Below, one piece after another: positions 42,374-52,240 of a stretch of DNA of 64,000 nt; position 1 is the first letter of the stretch, and every line of letters begins with the position of its first letter. Made by a program: the position numbers and the translations under genes. The notes below the pieces were generated by a model that was given only the letters and a program-made list of their open reading frames with translations, was not told the origin of the DNA and ran no database searches. The stretch comes from an uncultured Enterobacteriaceae bacterium (GTDB taxonomy: Bacteria; Pseudomonadota; Gammaproteobacteria; Eutrophobiales; Eutrophobiaceae): contig CAZGBJ010000003.1 in NCBI GenBank assembly GCA_964523895.1, positions 47,798-111,797 on the forward strand, read 5' to 3'.

Positions 42374-44196
42374 ATTGACGTTAATGATAAAGCTTGATTT
42401 ACATGTTCAACAAATGGATTAGCTTTAACAAAACCAACCAAACGATGTGACTTAATTTCAACAGCATCTTTATTAAAAAATAAAATAGCCGGAGGACCAA
42501 ACAGATCAAACTGTTTTAAAAAAGCTTTATCATCATCATTGTTCCTGGTCACATCAACTTTTAGTAATACAACTTGTTGTAATGTTTTTTGTACAACAGG
42601 ATCGGTAAAGGTATATTCTTCCATTTCATGACAAGTAATACACCAGTCAGCATAGAAATCTAGCATGACTGACTTACCTTCCGCTTTAGCTCGTTTCAAT
42701 TCTTTTTCTAATTCAACAAGGTTAGAAACTGTCTTAAACGAAAGCGCCTCTGTATTAATAGAAATATTTTGTTTATTGAATGGTTTTAAAACCGTACCAC
42801 CACCATTTGCTGCTGCAACAATTAAAATGATTCCGTAGACTAAGAAAATTAACCCTAAACCTTTACATAATCGTTGCCCGCGCGTAGAGGCTGATTCAAT
42901 TCGATCCAATGCTCCAATAAAAATAGCTGAAGTTATAAATAACGTCGCCCACAAGATCAAAACAACCGGCTCAGGTAATACGCGTTCCAGAAACCAAATT
43001 GCAACACCCAACATGATGACACCAAAAACACGTTTAATATTATCCATCCACAGTCCGGCACGCGGTAATAACTCACCTGAAGTTGCTCCAACTACTAATA
43101 AAGGCATACCAAAACCAAGACCCATCGCAAACAATGCGAAACCGCCCAACAAAGCGTCACCTGTTTGACTGATATACAGCAACGCACCCGCTAAAGGTGG
43201 TGCAACACATGGCCCAACGATAATAGCTGAGAGTACGCCCATAATCGCAGCTCCTTTTAAAGTGCCGCCCCCTGCTTTATCTTGACCAGCAGATAATTTG
43301 CTTTGCCAACTTGAAGGCAATTGCAATTCATAAAACCCAAACATAGATAAGGCCAACAGAACAAACACACCACTAAAAGAAATTAGAACCCAGGTATTTT
43401 GCGAAGCAGCTTGTAAGTTTAGACTAAAAAGACCCGCAACAAGACCGAGTAGAGAATAAGTTAATGCCATAGCAATAACATAACTTATCGAAAGCATTAT
43501 CGCTCTTGATCGCGTTATGCGATCACCTTCGCCAACAATAATGCCTGACAAAATAGGAATCATAGGAAACACGCATGGTGTTAATGACAATCCCACACCT
43601 ATTAAGAAAAACCAAATCACAATGCTTAAAAAAGTTTTATCTTTTAACTTTTGTGTGACCGTATCTTGCTCGGATAACAGTGTTGCTTGTTTTAATGCAG
43701 GTGATTCAAACGAAGCAGGGATTGAAACCGTTAATATTTTTTTAATTGGTGGATAGCAAACTGAATTTTCTTTACAGCCCTGATACGCAACATTGAGATT
43801 AAATTCTTTTAAATTTGAATCTGTAACCTGAAAAGGAATCGACGCATTATTTTGACCATAATAAACTTCAACCTGTCCAAAAGCCGGATCATCTTTCGAT
43901 TTACCTTTAGGAAATTCATAAGCTCCTAAAATGACATTAGGATCAGCTGATTCAGTAGAAAATTTATTTTTGTAAAGATAATAGCCGGGTTCAATTTCCC
44001 AGTTTAAAACAAGTTGATTGCTAGAATTTACATTTGCAATGACCCGGAAAGCAATCTCTGGATCTAATATTTCATCTGCAGCGGACGAATCTTGAAACGA
44101 AAAGAGATCGTTTAATTTATTACCTAATTCACCTGCGTAAACTGAAAGTGAAAGTAGTAAAATGTAGAAGAATAATGCATTTCGAATAACATTCAT
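42370..44196 (-). CDS. dsbD: Thiol:disulfide interchange protein DsbD
   Basis: YQGC..CYPP, LTPCVFPM, GPCVAP, DFYADWCITC. Confidence 0.97.
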   Translation of the reverse strand: MNVIRNALFFYILLLSLSVYAGELGNKLNDLFSFQDSSAADEILDPEIAFRVIANVNSSNQLVLNWEIEPGYYLYKNKFSTESADPNVILGAYEFPKGKSKDDPAFGQVEVYYGQNNASIPFQVTDSNLKEFNLNVAYQGCKENSVCYPPIKKILTVSIPASFESPALKQATLLSEQDTVTQKLKDKTFLSIVIWFFLIGVGLSLTPCVFPMIPILSGIIVGEGDRITRSRAIMLSISYVIAMALTYSLLGLVAGLFSLNLQAASQNTWVLISFSGVFVLLALSMFGFYELQLPSSWQSKLSAGQDKAGGGTLKGAAIMGVLSAIIVGPCVAPPLAGALLYISQTGDALLGGFALFAMGLGFGMPLLVVGATSGELLPRAGLWMDNIKRVFGVIMLGVAIWFLERVLPEPVVLILWATLFITSAIFIGALDRIESASTRGQRLCKGLGLIFLVYGIILIVAAANGGGTVLKPFNKQNISINTEALSFKTVSNLVELEKELKRAKAEGKSVMLDFYADWCITCHEMEEYTFTDPVVQKTLQQVVLLKVDVTRNNDDDKAFLKQFDLFGPPAILFFNKDAVEIKSHRLVGFVKANPFVEHVNQALSLTSI

Positions 44197-44525
44197 GATT
44201 TCTCGGAATTTTTTGTAATCCAGTCCAAATATCCAGCTAAGCCTGTCTCTATAGGGACAGCAATAATTTCAGGAAGTTCGTAAGGGTGTATTTTTTTTAT
44301 TCGCTTTTCTAACACCTCATATCTATCAAGTGTCGTCTTGATAATTAACATATATTCATTTGCGCTATCAACCTTGCCCACCCAGCTAAAAAAAGATTGC
44401 ACACCGGGTACAATGTTTACACAGGCGGCCAATTTTTCTGTCACCAGATCCCGAGCGATTTTCTTCGCCGAGATCGATCCCGGGCAAGTACTAAGAACTA
44501 ATATATGTTTTAGCTTTTTACTCAT
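44193..44525 (-). CDS. cutA: Divalent-cation tolerance protein CutA
   Basis: LAACVNI, HPYELPEII. Confidence 0.95.
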   Translation of the reverse strand: MSKKLKHILVLSTCPGSISAKKIARDLVTEKLAACVNIVPGVQSFFSWVGKVDSANEYMLIIKTTLDRYEVLEKRIKKIHPYELPEIIAVPIETGLAGYLDWITKNSEKS

Positions 44526-44590
44526 AAATACTGCGCTTATTCTTTATTAATTGCCTTGTATATTAGTATTTTGCCCATACATCAATAATA

Positions 44591-45064
44591 ATGCCAGCTT
44601 GGCAAGTCAAAATAGTCCCGAGGCCTAAACTTTTGTTTAAATTACTATTCATTCTTTTCCTGACAATTCCCCTGATCGAAATCACTATCCTAATCCAAAT
44701 CGGTCAAATATTTGGGGTTGGCTATACAATAGCCTTGGTCATCGGCACCGCCGCATTAGGAGCCGCATTACTACGTCATCAGGGTTTCTCCACTTTAGCC
44801 AAAGTTCAAATGAATATGGATCAAGGCAATTTGCCCGCAACCGAATTGGTAGAAGGTCTGATGTTGTTAATCGCTGGCGCATTATTATTGACGCCGGGAT
44901 TTTTTACCGACGTATTTGGTTTTCTTGTTTTAATCCCGGCATTACGCCAAAAAGTCGCACAAACCCTGTTAATAAACTTTATTCAATCTCATATTAATAC
45001 CAGACAAACAGCATCCGGTAACATTATTGATGCTGAACACTGGGAGTCATCCGACTCTGAATAA
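44591..45064 (+). CDS. fxsA: FxsA family membrane protein
   Basis: PLIEI, LLLTPGFFTD. Confidence 0.92.
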   Translation: MPAWQVKIVPRPKLLFKLLFILFLTIPLIEITILIQIGQIFGVGYTIALVIGTAALGAALLRHQGFSTLAKVQMNMDQGNLPATELVEGLMLLIAGALLLTPGFFTDVFGFLVLIPALRQKVAQTLLINFIQSHINTRQTASGNIIDAEHWESSDSE

Positions 45065-45067
45065 GCA

Positions 45068-45194
45068 CTGTTCGTGAGCACCGAACACAGCTTGCTTGTT
45101 GCAGACGCAAGCTAAGTACATCCGTGTAGACAACGTACAAACATTATCTCAAAATTAAGCGACATCATTAATGATGGTCGAATACGTACGTATT
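45068..45194. repeat. Cluster of five hairpins between convergent genes
   Basis: CTGTTCG/CGAACA, AGCTTGC/GCAAGCT, TACA-TCCG-TGTA, CGACATCAT/ATGATGGTCG, AATACGTACGTATT. Confidence 0.65.
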
Positions 45195-45981
45195 AAAATC
45201 CTTTTTCTTTCCTAATCACCTCATAGGCCTTTCTTATTTCGTGGGTACGATCAGCAGCGACTTTCATCATCTCTTCTGGCAAGCCCTTTGCGACCAATTT
45301 ATCGGGATGATGCTGACTCAATAAGCGACGATACGCTTTCTTTATTTCACTGCTACTGGCTGACTTATCTATATCCAGTACGGCGTAAGCTTGTTTTAAT
45401 GAAGGAGAGCCATCATTACGCCCCGCTTGTGTAGAACCGCTATGCATGCCACCAATCATGGCGCAAAGATGTTCAAACTCATGTTGTGAAATGTTAAGTA
45501 GCTGACAAATATTTAATAAAACATTACGTTCGGCAGGATCCATAACACCATCGGCATAAGCTGCCATAACTTGCACTTCCATGAACATGCGTAATAAATT
45601 GGGCCGAAAACCTATCTCCAGACGAAATTGCTTTACGACATCGTTTAAAGGAAAGGATGCTTTCTTGCCCTCATTGAACAATCTAATGGCCGCTTTACGC
45701 TGTTCCGCATTCATATCCATTTGTTGCATCACTTGTTTAGCAAGTGCAATTTCATCTTCGGTAACTTGTCCGTCTGCTTTGCAAACATGTCCCATAACCG
45801 AGAAGGTCGCGGTATAAAATAGTGTTTGTGCGCGTTCTTGCCTGCCAAAGCCGGATTGAGCTGATGATTGTGATACACCCTTATCAAAGTTGTGGCCCAT
45901 TGCTGCACCTAACACCGCACCTATTGGCCCACCAATCATCATGCCAAATGCACCGCCGAGTATTTTGCCCCACCAATTCAT
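45193..45981 (-). CDS. djlA: Co-chaperone DjlA
   Basis: MNWWGK, KADGQV TerB-like domain, J-domain HHPDK. Confidence 0.96.
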   Translation of the reverse strand: MNWWGKILGGAFGMMIGGPIGAVLGAAMGHNFDKGVSQSSAQSGFGRQERAQTLFYTATFSVMGHVCKADGQVTEDEIALAKQVMQQMDMNAEQRKAAIRLFNEGKKASFPLNDVVKQFRLEIGFRPNLLRMFMEVQVMAAYADGVMDPAERNVLLNICQLLNISQHEFEHLCAMIGGMHSGSTQAGRNDGSPSLKQAYAVLDIDKSASSSEIKKAYRRLLSQHHPDKLVAKGLPEEMMKVAADRTHEIRKAYEVIRKEKGF

Positions 45982-46095
45982 TGTTATAATCTTACCTTCT
46001 TACACTTAAAAATAAATATGTTAACTTGATTCATAACAATTCGTTATAATCCCGACTCAAATTATTAACATTACACTATCTTAACGGTAAATATC

Positions 46096-46926
46096 ATGGC
46101 TTCAAGTAAGAAGAAAAATAATAAGAAATCATCTGGCCCTACTATGGCTGATCTGGCTGACCGTTATGTTTACTATGAAGATTCCGTTCAATGTGTTGAA
46201 TCAGAAATCGACTTTGTTGATACGACTTTTCTTAAACTCCGTAAGCGACTGGGAAAAAGCTTAAGAGAAGACTTCTGCGGCACAACTAATACATCATGTG
46301 AATGGATACAACGTCGGGAGACTAATACAGCCATCAGTGTTGATCTTGATGATGAGGTGCTTGAATGGGGCAGGCAAAACAAAGTTGCCAAACTTACCTC
46401 CGACCAGGCTAAACGAATCACTATTATGAACGATAACGTTCTTAGCGTTAAAACCAAACCCGTCGATATTGTTTTAGCGATGAATTTTAGCTATTGGATA
46501 TTAAAGAGTCGTGAACTCACTATCGAGTATTTCGTAAAAATTAAAAATGCTTTGGTTAAAGACGGTATCTTTTTTCTTGATGCTTATGGTGGCTACGAAG
46601 CATTTCAGGAAATGGAAGAAAAAACCAAACACAAGAACTTTACTTATATATGGGATCAACATAGTTACAACCCGATAACCGGTTTTGCAAAAAACTATAT
46701 TCATTTTAAATTTAAAGACGGCTCTAAAATGATGAAAGCTTTCATCTACGAATGGCGCGTCTGGACCATGCCGGAACTGTTGGAAATGCTAACGGAAGCT
46801 GGTTTTAAACCGACCGTATACTGGGAACAAGCTGACGAAGATGGCGAAGGCAATGGCGTATTTATCCCTGAAACAGAAGGTGATGCGGATGCTGGCTGGA
46901 TTGCTTATATAGTTGCTGAGAAATAA
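46096..46926 (+). CDS. Putative class I SAM-dependent methyltransferase
   Basis: LREDFCGT motif-I-like segment, VDLD, NFSY. Confidence 0.75.
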   Translation: MASSKKKNNKKSSGPTMADLADRYVYYEDSVQCVESEIDFVDTTFLKLRKRLGKSLREDFCGTTNTSCEWIQRRETNTAISVDLDDEVLEWGRQNKVAKLTSDQAKRITIMNDNVLSVKTKPVDIVLAMNFSYWILKSRELTIEYFVKIKNALVKDGIFFLDAYGGYEAFQEMEEKTKHKNFTYIWDQHSYNPITGFAKNYIHFKFKDGSKMMKAFIYEWRVWTMPELLEMLTEAGFKPTVYWEQADEDGEGNGVFIPETEGDADAGWIAYIVAEK

Positions 46927-46935
46927 CCTTTAAAA

Positions 46936-47454
46936 TTAATCGAGTTCTTTCGGTTTAATAAATTCGATTAACTTTCCTTTGTCAGTCTCAGGATCGAAAT
47001 GATTATCAGGGTATTCAAATATCACCAGATTTGCCGTGGTCATGCTTTTATATTCAGCTTCCGATTCGCTCGCCAAAAAATAAATCAGTTGCTCCAATCC
47101 GGGATTATGTGCAACTAACATCAAACTACTTACATCATTTTTATAGAGCTTAATAAACTCTAGCAATGATTCCACATCGGCTAAATAAAGATCTTTTTCA
47201 TAGATAATATTTTCCAAACTAATATGGTTAAACTGTTCTGTTACTAATTCAGTTGTTTGTTTTGCCCGTACTGCTGCTGATGAGATGACTTGCTGCGGCA
47301 ATCGATTATTTTCTAGCATCCATCGACCTATGCGAATTGCGCTTTTTTTGCCTCGTTTATTAATGGAACGATTAAAATCCGATGTGCCCGGGTCAGCCCA
47401 GTCAGATTTTGCATGACGCATTATATATAAATGAAATGTCATAATTAAAAACAA
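46936..47454 (-). CDS. sixA: SixA-like histidine phosphatase
   Basis: MRHAKSDW, SAAVRA, VAHNPG. Confidence 0.85.
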   Translation of the reverse strand: MFLIMTFHLYIMRHAKSDWADPGTSDFNRSINKRGKKSAIRIGRWMLENNRLPQQVISSAAVRAKQTTELVTEQFNHISLENIIYEKDLYLADVESLLEFIKLYKNDVSSLMLVAHNPGLEQLIYFLASESEAEYKSMTTANLVIFEYPDNHFDPETDKGKLIEFIKPKELD

Positions 47455-47546
47455 TGATTTTTTGTTTTATTATGCTACATTTCTGTCGCATATACCGAGT
47501 CATTTTTACATGAACTATTTATTATTTAATTAGGCATACTCATAAC

Positions 47547-49040
47547 TTGTCAAACTCAAACGAAACCTTTGCCGCTGTCGATTTAGGCTCAAACAGTTTT
47601 CACCTGGTAGTTGCGGATGTTGTTGACGGTCGGGCACTGATAGTCGATCGTATTAAAGAAATGGTTCGGCTTGCTGGAGGTCTGAATGAAGATCGGCAAA
47701 TAAGCGAAGACGCCATTGAGACTGCATTACAATGTCTGGAAAAATTTGGTCAGCGTATAAAAACTATTCCCGCATCAAATATACGTGCTGTTGGTACAAA
47801 CACCTTGCGCCAGGCCAGGAATGGAGTGCAATTTTTATCGCGCGCCAATACCGCACTTGGACACAATATTGAAATTATTTCTGGCCGCGAAGAAGCGCGT
47901 CTTGTTTATCTTGGGGTAGCTAATACGATATTCAATGATAAGGACAAACGTCTGGTTATTGATATTGGCGGTGGTAGTACCGAACTTATTATTGGCAAAG
48001 GTTTTGATACCGATTTGACAGAAAGCTTATTCATGGGTTGCGTCAGCATAAGCCAACGGTTTTTTAAGAGTGGTGAAATAACAGCGAAACGTTGTCGTAA
48101 AGCCCATATTGCTGCTCTACAAGAACTGGAAAATATCCAGGGACTATATCGAAACTATGGCTGGGATAAAACGATCGGGACATCAGGAACGATTCGCGCA
48201 ATCTTCGATATTGTTACCAGTCATGGCTGGAGTGAATCCGCCATAACGCCTGAATCTTTATCTAAATTGAGAAAAGAACTCATTTCTATTGGCGACATAA
48301 GCAAGATTGAATTTGAAGGACTCTCTTCAAATCGTATTCCTGTTTTTATTGGTGGCGTTGTTGTCTTATCTGCCGTATTTGAAGCTTTGGAAATTGAAGC
48401 TATGGGAGTTTCAGATGGTGCGCTTCGTGAAGGCTTATTGTACGACCAGATCGGTCGACAACATGATATAGATGTACGAGACAAAACGGTTAATAGATTA
48501 ATGAATCGTTATAGTGTTGATAGCGATCATGCCGATCGCGTTGAAAGCACAAGCAAACATATATTCAAGAATGTAAAATCAGAGTGGCAACTTGAGAAAA
48601 AAGAAGACTTGAAAATGGTGCGTTGGGCAGCGCGCTTGCATGGCGTCGGTCTGGCTATCGCACATAGCCAATACCATAAACACGGTGCGTATTTATTAAG
48701 TAATTCAGACATGCCCGGCTTTTCCCGACAAGAACAAGCCCTGTTAAGTATTCTGGTTCGACTACATCGACGTAAAATTGCTCTCGATATATTTGAACAA
48801 GTAACCGATGACGTTCAAAACAAACTTATTAAGTTAATAATAATTTTGAGATTGGCAATTGTTTTGAATCGGAGCCGTAACACGATCAAAGCACCAGAGG
48901 TGAATGTAAAAGTAAACAAAAATAAAATTGAATTAAAGTTTCAAAATGATTGGCTTGTAGATCACCCGCTTACCGAGGCCGATCTTGAAACAGAAGCAAG
49001 TTATCTTTCGGTAACAGATTATAAATTAAGTTTTAACTAA
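47547..49040 (+). CDS. ppx: Exopolyphosphatase Ppx/GppA
   Basis: DLGSNSFH, SGREEAR, DIGGGSTE, GALREG; next to ppk1. Confidence 0.95.
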   Translation: MSNSNETFAAVDLGSNSFHLVVADVVDGRALIVDRIKEMVRLAGGLNEDRQISEDAIETALQCLEKFGQRIKTIPASNIRAVGTNTLRQARNGVQFLSRANTALGHNIEIISGREEARLVYLGVANTIFNDKDKRLVIDIGGGSTELIIGKGFDTDLTESLFMGCVSISQRFFKSGEITAKRCRKAHIAALQELENIQGLYRNYGWDKTIGTSGTIRAIFDIVTSHGWSESAITPESLSKLRKELISIGDISKIEFEGLSSNRIPVFIGGVVVLSAVFEALEIEAMGVSDGALREGLLYDQIGRQHDIDVRDKTVNRLMNRYSVDSDHADRVESTSKHIFKNVKSEWQLEKKEDLKMVRWAARLHGVGLAIAHSQYHKHGAYLLSNSDMPGFSRQEQALLSILVRLHRRKIALDIFEQVTDDVQNKLIKLIIILRLAIVLNRSRNTIKAPEVNVKVNKNKIELKFQNDWLVDHPLTEADLETEASYLSVTDYKLSFN

Positions 49041-49048
49041 TCAAATAC

Positions 49049-49250
49049 GAGTCTTCAGCAGAATCTGTGGGTTAACAAGAAAAGTATTTTTGAAAACTTG
49101 AACAAATAAAATAAGTTAGGTGTTAAATGGGCTGTTTTATTTCTGTACTCGTATTTAACGGACAATTAAAAAGTTCCGTCATTCCGGGCTTGACCCGGAA
49201 TGACGGGTATTATTTTCATGATGTCTACCCACAGATTCTGCTAAAGAGCC
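49049..49250. mobile_element. MITE with 24-bp TIRs and 8-bp flanking direct repeat TCAAATAC
   Basis: GAGTCTTCAGCAGAATCTGTGGGT / ACCCACAGATTCTGCTAAAGAGCC; TCAAATAC at 49041-48 and 49251-58. Confidence 0.85.
49176..49206. repeat. REP-like perfect hairpin inside the MITE
   Basis: CCGTCATTCCGGG-CTTGA-CCCGGAATGACGG. Confidence 0.8.
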
Positions 49251-49257
49251 TCAAATA

Positions 49258-51327
49258 CTATCTACAGTACTGATCGAGCAATACTTGTTGTGCCGATCTT
49301 GGTTTTGAATTTCCTGCTTTTGCCTGTCGATAACTTCCGTCTGCTTGTAGTATCCATGCCTGAGTATTATCAGAAAGATAATTCATTAAACCGAACTTAA
49401 TAACCTGGTCGCGAGGACGTTTTTCCTCTATGGGGAAACAGGCTTCAACACGATGAAATAGATTGCGTTGCATCCAGTCTGCGCTGGCACAATAGAGATT
49501 TGGTTTACCCTCATTATGAAAATAATAAATACGTGTGTGTTCAAGAAAACGTCCAATGATCGAACGTACCTGAATGTTTTCTGACACACCTTTAACTCCG
49601 GGCCGCAAACAACATATTCCTCGAATAATAAGATCAATTCTAACGCCCGCTATAGAAGCTTCATACAGGGCACGGATAATTTCAGGCTCAACTAATGCAT
49701 TCATCTTGGCAATGATTCGCGCCTCCTTACCCGCTTTGGCATTATTAGTTTCATGCTTGATGTAACCAAGTATCGCTTTATGCAATGTGAAAGGTGACTG
49801 TAATAATTTTTTCAATTTTTTAGCGCGACCCAAACCTGTCATTTGATGGAACAACTTATTCACATCTTCGGCAACGGCCTGATCTGCTGTTAATAAACCA
49901 TAGTCTGTATATAAACGCGCTGTCCGGGCATGGTAGTTGCCTGTGCCTAAATGAACATAACGTCGGAGTGCACGCCCTTCTCTCCTGACAACCATGATCA
50001 TTTTGGCATGAGTTTTATAGCCAACAACACCATAAACTACATGCGCACCGGCTTCTTGTAGATCATTGGCTAATTCAATATTTGCTTCTTCATCAAAGCG
50101 TGCAAGTAATTCGATAATGACGGTCACTTCTTTACCCGCACGAGCAGCCTCTTTAAGTGCATTTACAATCGCCGAGTCGGCACCTGTTCGATATAAGGTT
50201 TGTTTAATGGATAAGACGGCGGGATCATTTGCCGCTTGTCGTAAAAAATCAACGACCGGCGCAAATGATTGAAATGGGTGTAGTAATAAAATATCGCCGT
50301 TATGTAAAACATCAAAAACACTTGTTGTCTTTAACAAACGTGGCGGAATACTGGGAGTAAACCCCGGAAAAACAAGGTCAGGTCGATCAACCAAATCATG
50401 AAGTTGCAATAAACGATTCGGGTTTACCGGTCCATTCACTTTATATAATGCATCATCAGATATTTTGAACTGGTCAAGCAAAAAGTTACTGATTTCTTCC
50501 GGACAATTATCTGCTACTTCAAGACGCACAGCATCATTATAACGTCGTGATGGCAACTCCCCTTCCAACGCTCGCAACAGATCGCCAACTTCTTCATCAT
50601 CAACAAACAGATCGCTATTTCGTGTGACACGAAATTGATAGCAACCTTTTACTTTCATGCCCGGGAACAGTTCACCCACATGCGCATGAAGCACTGAAGA
50701 CAATAAAATAAAATCATGTGTTCTAGTTGAAAGTTCCTTTGGTACTTCGATCACACGAGGTAAAGAACGGGGTGCTTGCACTATAGCGAATCCACCTTCT
50801 CGACCAAAAGCATCTTTACCTTCCAGCGTCACTATAAAATACAGATTCTTGTTTAATACGCGCGGAAAGGGATGAGAAGGATCCAGACCTATTGGACTCA
50901 GGATGGGAATCAATTCACGATTAAAATAACGTTTAACCCAGCGCGATAATTTTGGTTTCCACTGAGCACGTCGCAGGATACGAATTTTTTCTTTGGCTAG
51001 TTCTGGAATAACGACATCATTCAGTACTTTATATTGCTCTTCCACAAGTTCGTGTGCTACTTCGCTTATCTTCTTTAAAACTTCAACTGGCGTCAGATTA
51101 TCTTCGCCTGTTTGCACCGACCCATATTTAACCTGTTGATTTAAACCAGCGACACGGATCTCAAAAAATTCATCCAGATTAGTACTGGCAATACATATAA
51201 AACGTAACCGTTCCAATAAAGGATAGTTCTCATCCTTGGCCTGTTCAAAAACACGGCGATTGAACTCTAATAGACTCAACTCTCGATTGAGATAAAATTC
51301 AGGTAGTTTTAAATTTAACTGATCCAT
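49258..51327 (-). CDS. ppk1: Polyphosphate kinase 1
   Basis: NRELSLLEFN, NLDEFFEIRV, KTHAK, HLGTGNY, RFLEH. Confidence 0.99.
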   Translation of the reverse strand: MDQLNLKLPEFYLNRELSLLEFNRRVFEQAKDENYPLLERLRFICIASTNLDEFFEIRVAGLNQQVKYGSVQTGEDNLTPVEVLKKISEVAHELVEEQYKVLNDVVIPELAKEKIRILRRAQWKPKLSRWVKRYFNRELIPILSPIGLDPSHPFPRVLNKNLYFIVTLEGKDAFGREGGFAIVQAPRSLPRVIEVPKELSTRTHDFILLSSVLHAHVGELFPGMKVKGCYQFRVTRNSDLFVDDEEVGDLLRALEGELPSRRYNDAVRLEVADNCPEEISNFLLDQFKISDDALYKVNGPVNPNRLLQLHDLVDRPDLVFPGFTPSIPPRLLKTTSVFDVLHNGDILLLHPFQSFAPVVDFLRQAANDPAVLSIKQTLYRTGADSAIVNALKEAARAGKEVTVIIELLARFDEEANIELANDLQEAGAHVVYGVVGYKTHAKMIMVVRREGRALRRYVHLGTGNYHARTARLYTDYGLLTADQAVAEDVNKLFHQMTGLGRAKKLKKLLQSPFTLHKAILGYIKHETNNAKAGKEARIIAKMNALVEPEIIRALYEASIAGVRIDLIIRGICCLRPGVKGVSENIQVRSIIGRFLEHTRIYYFHNEGKPNLYCASADWMQRNLFHRVEACFPIEEKRPRDQVIKFGLMNYLSDNTQAWILQADGSYRQAKAGNSKPRSAQQVLLDQYCR

Positions 51328-51467
51328 TGAAATATTTATTTTTTATCAGATGCCTAGCACTACATATTATATATATCAAGAATTTCGACTTTGATATAGA
51401 TCTAGTTATATACAAAAAGACTGTTTAGAGCATACAATTATGCAATATTACAGTTTAGCTTTTTTAT

Positions 51468-51484
51468 ATTACATCTTTATGAAA
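51468..51484 (-). promoter_or_regulatory. Possible Pho box toward ppk1
   Basis: TTTCAT-N5-TGTAAT on the minus strand, 11-bp period. Confidence 0.4.
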
Positions 51485-51542
51485 AACCCTTTATATTTAT
51501 TTGGTATTTAGATGTTTGTAAAACTATCAGGATGCACTATTA

Positions 51543-52223
51543 ATGACTCAATCTAACTATTTTTCCAGGATATTTGGTAGTTCGCCCGTCACGCCGCTGC
51601 AAAAGCACATCGATAAAGTTGTCTTGTGTGTTGAAGAATTGATCCCTTATTTTGAAGCCGTTATTAGCAACGACTGGGAACTGGCTGCCACAACCCAGAC
51701 AAAGCTAGTTGATCTCGAAAATGAAGCCGATGAGATTAAAAATGATTTGCGCATGAATATCCCTTCCAGCCTATTTATGCCTATTGATCGCCGAGACGTA
51801 TTAGAAGTTCTTGATCTACAAGACCATATTGCAAATAAGGCAAAAGATATTTCCGGTTTAACATTGGGTCGAAAAATGTCCCTGCCAGAATCCATTAGTA
51901 GCGCTTATATGGAATTTCTTAAACGCTGTATTGATGCAACTCGACAAGCACAAGTTGCGATAAACGAGTTGGATGAACTCGTCGTCACCGGGTTTCGCGG
52001 TGATGAAGCAATTCGCGTAAAAAAAATGATTGAAGAACTACATATCATTGAAGGAGAAACGGATGAAATTCAGGTCACTCTAAGAGCTGAGTTTTATAAA
52101 GTAGAAAAGGAGCTCTCACCCATTGATGTGGTGTTTCTTTATAAAATAATTGAATGGACGGGTGATCTTGCTGATACAGCACAGAGCACAGGTAACCGTC
52201 TACAGTTAATGTTAGCTAAATAA
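51543..52223 (+). CDS. TIGR00153/DUF47 phosphate transport regulator
   Basis: LENEADEIK, FMPIDR, QDHIAN; upstream of pit. Confidence 0.93.
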   Translation: MTQSNYFSRIFGSSPVTPLQKHIDKVVLCVEELIPYFEAVISNDWELAATTQTKLVDLENEADEIKNDLRMNIPSSLFMPIDRRDVLEVLDLQDHIANKAKDISGLTLGRKMSLPESISSAYMEFLKRCIDATRQAQVAINELDELVVTGFRGDEAIRVKKMIEELHIIEGETDEIQVTLRAEFYKVEKELSPIDVVFLYKIIEWTGDLADTAQSTGNRLQLMLAK

Positions 52224-52240
52224 TAATCGAATAAATTCTT

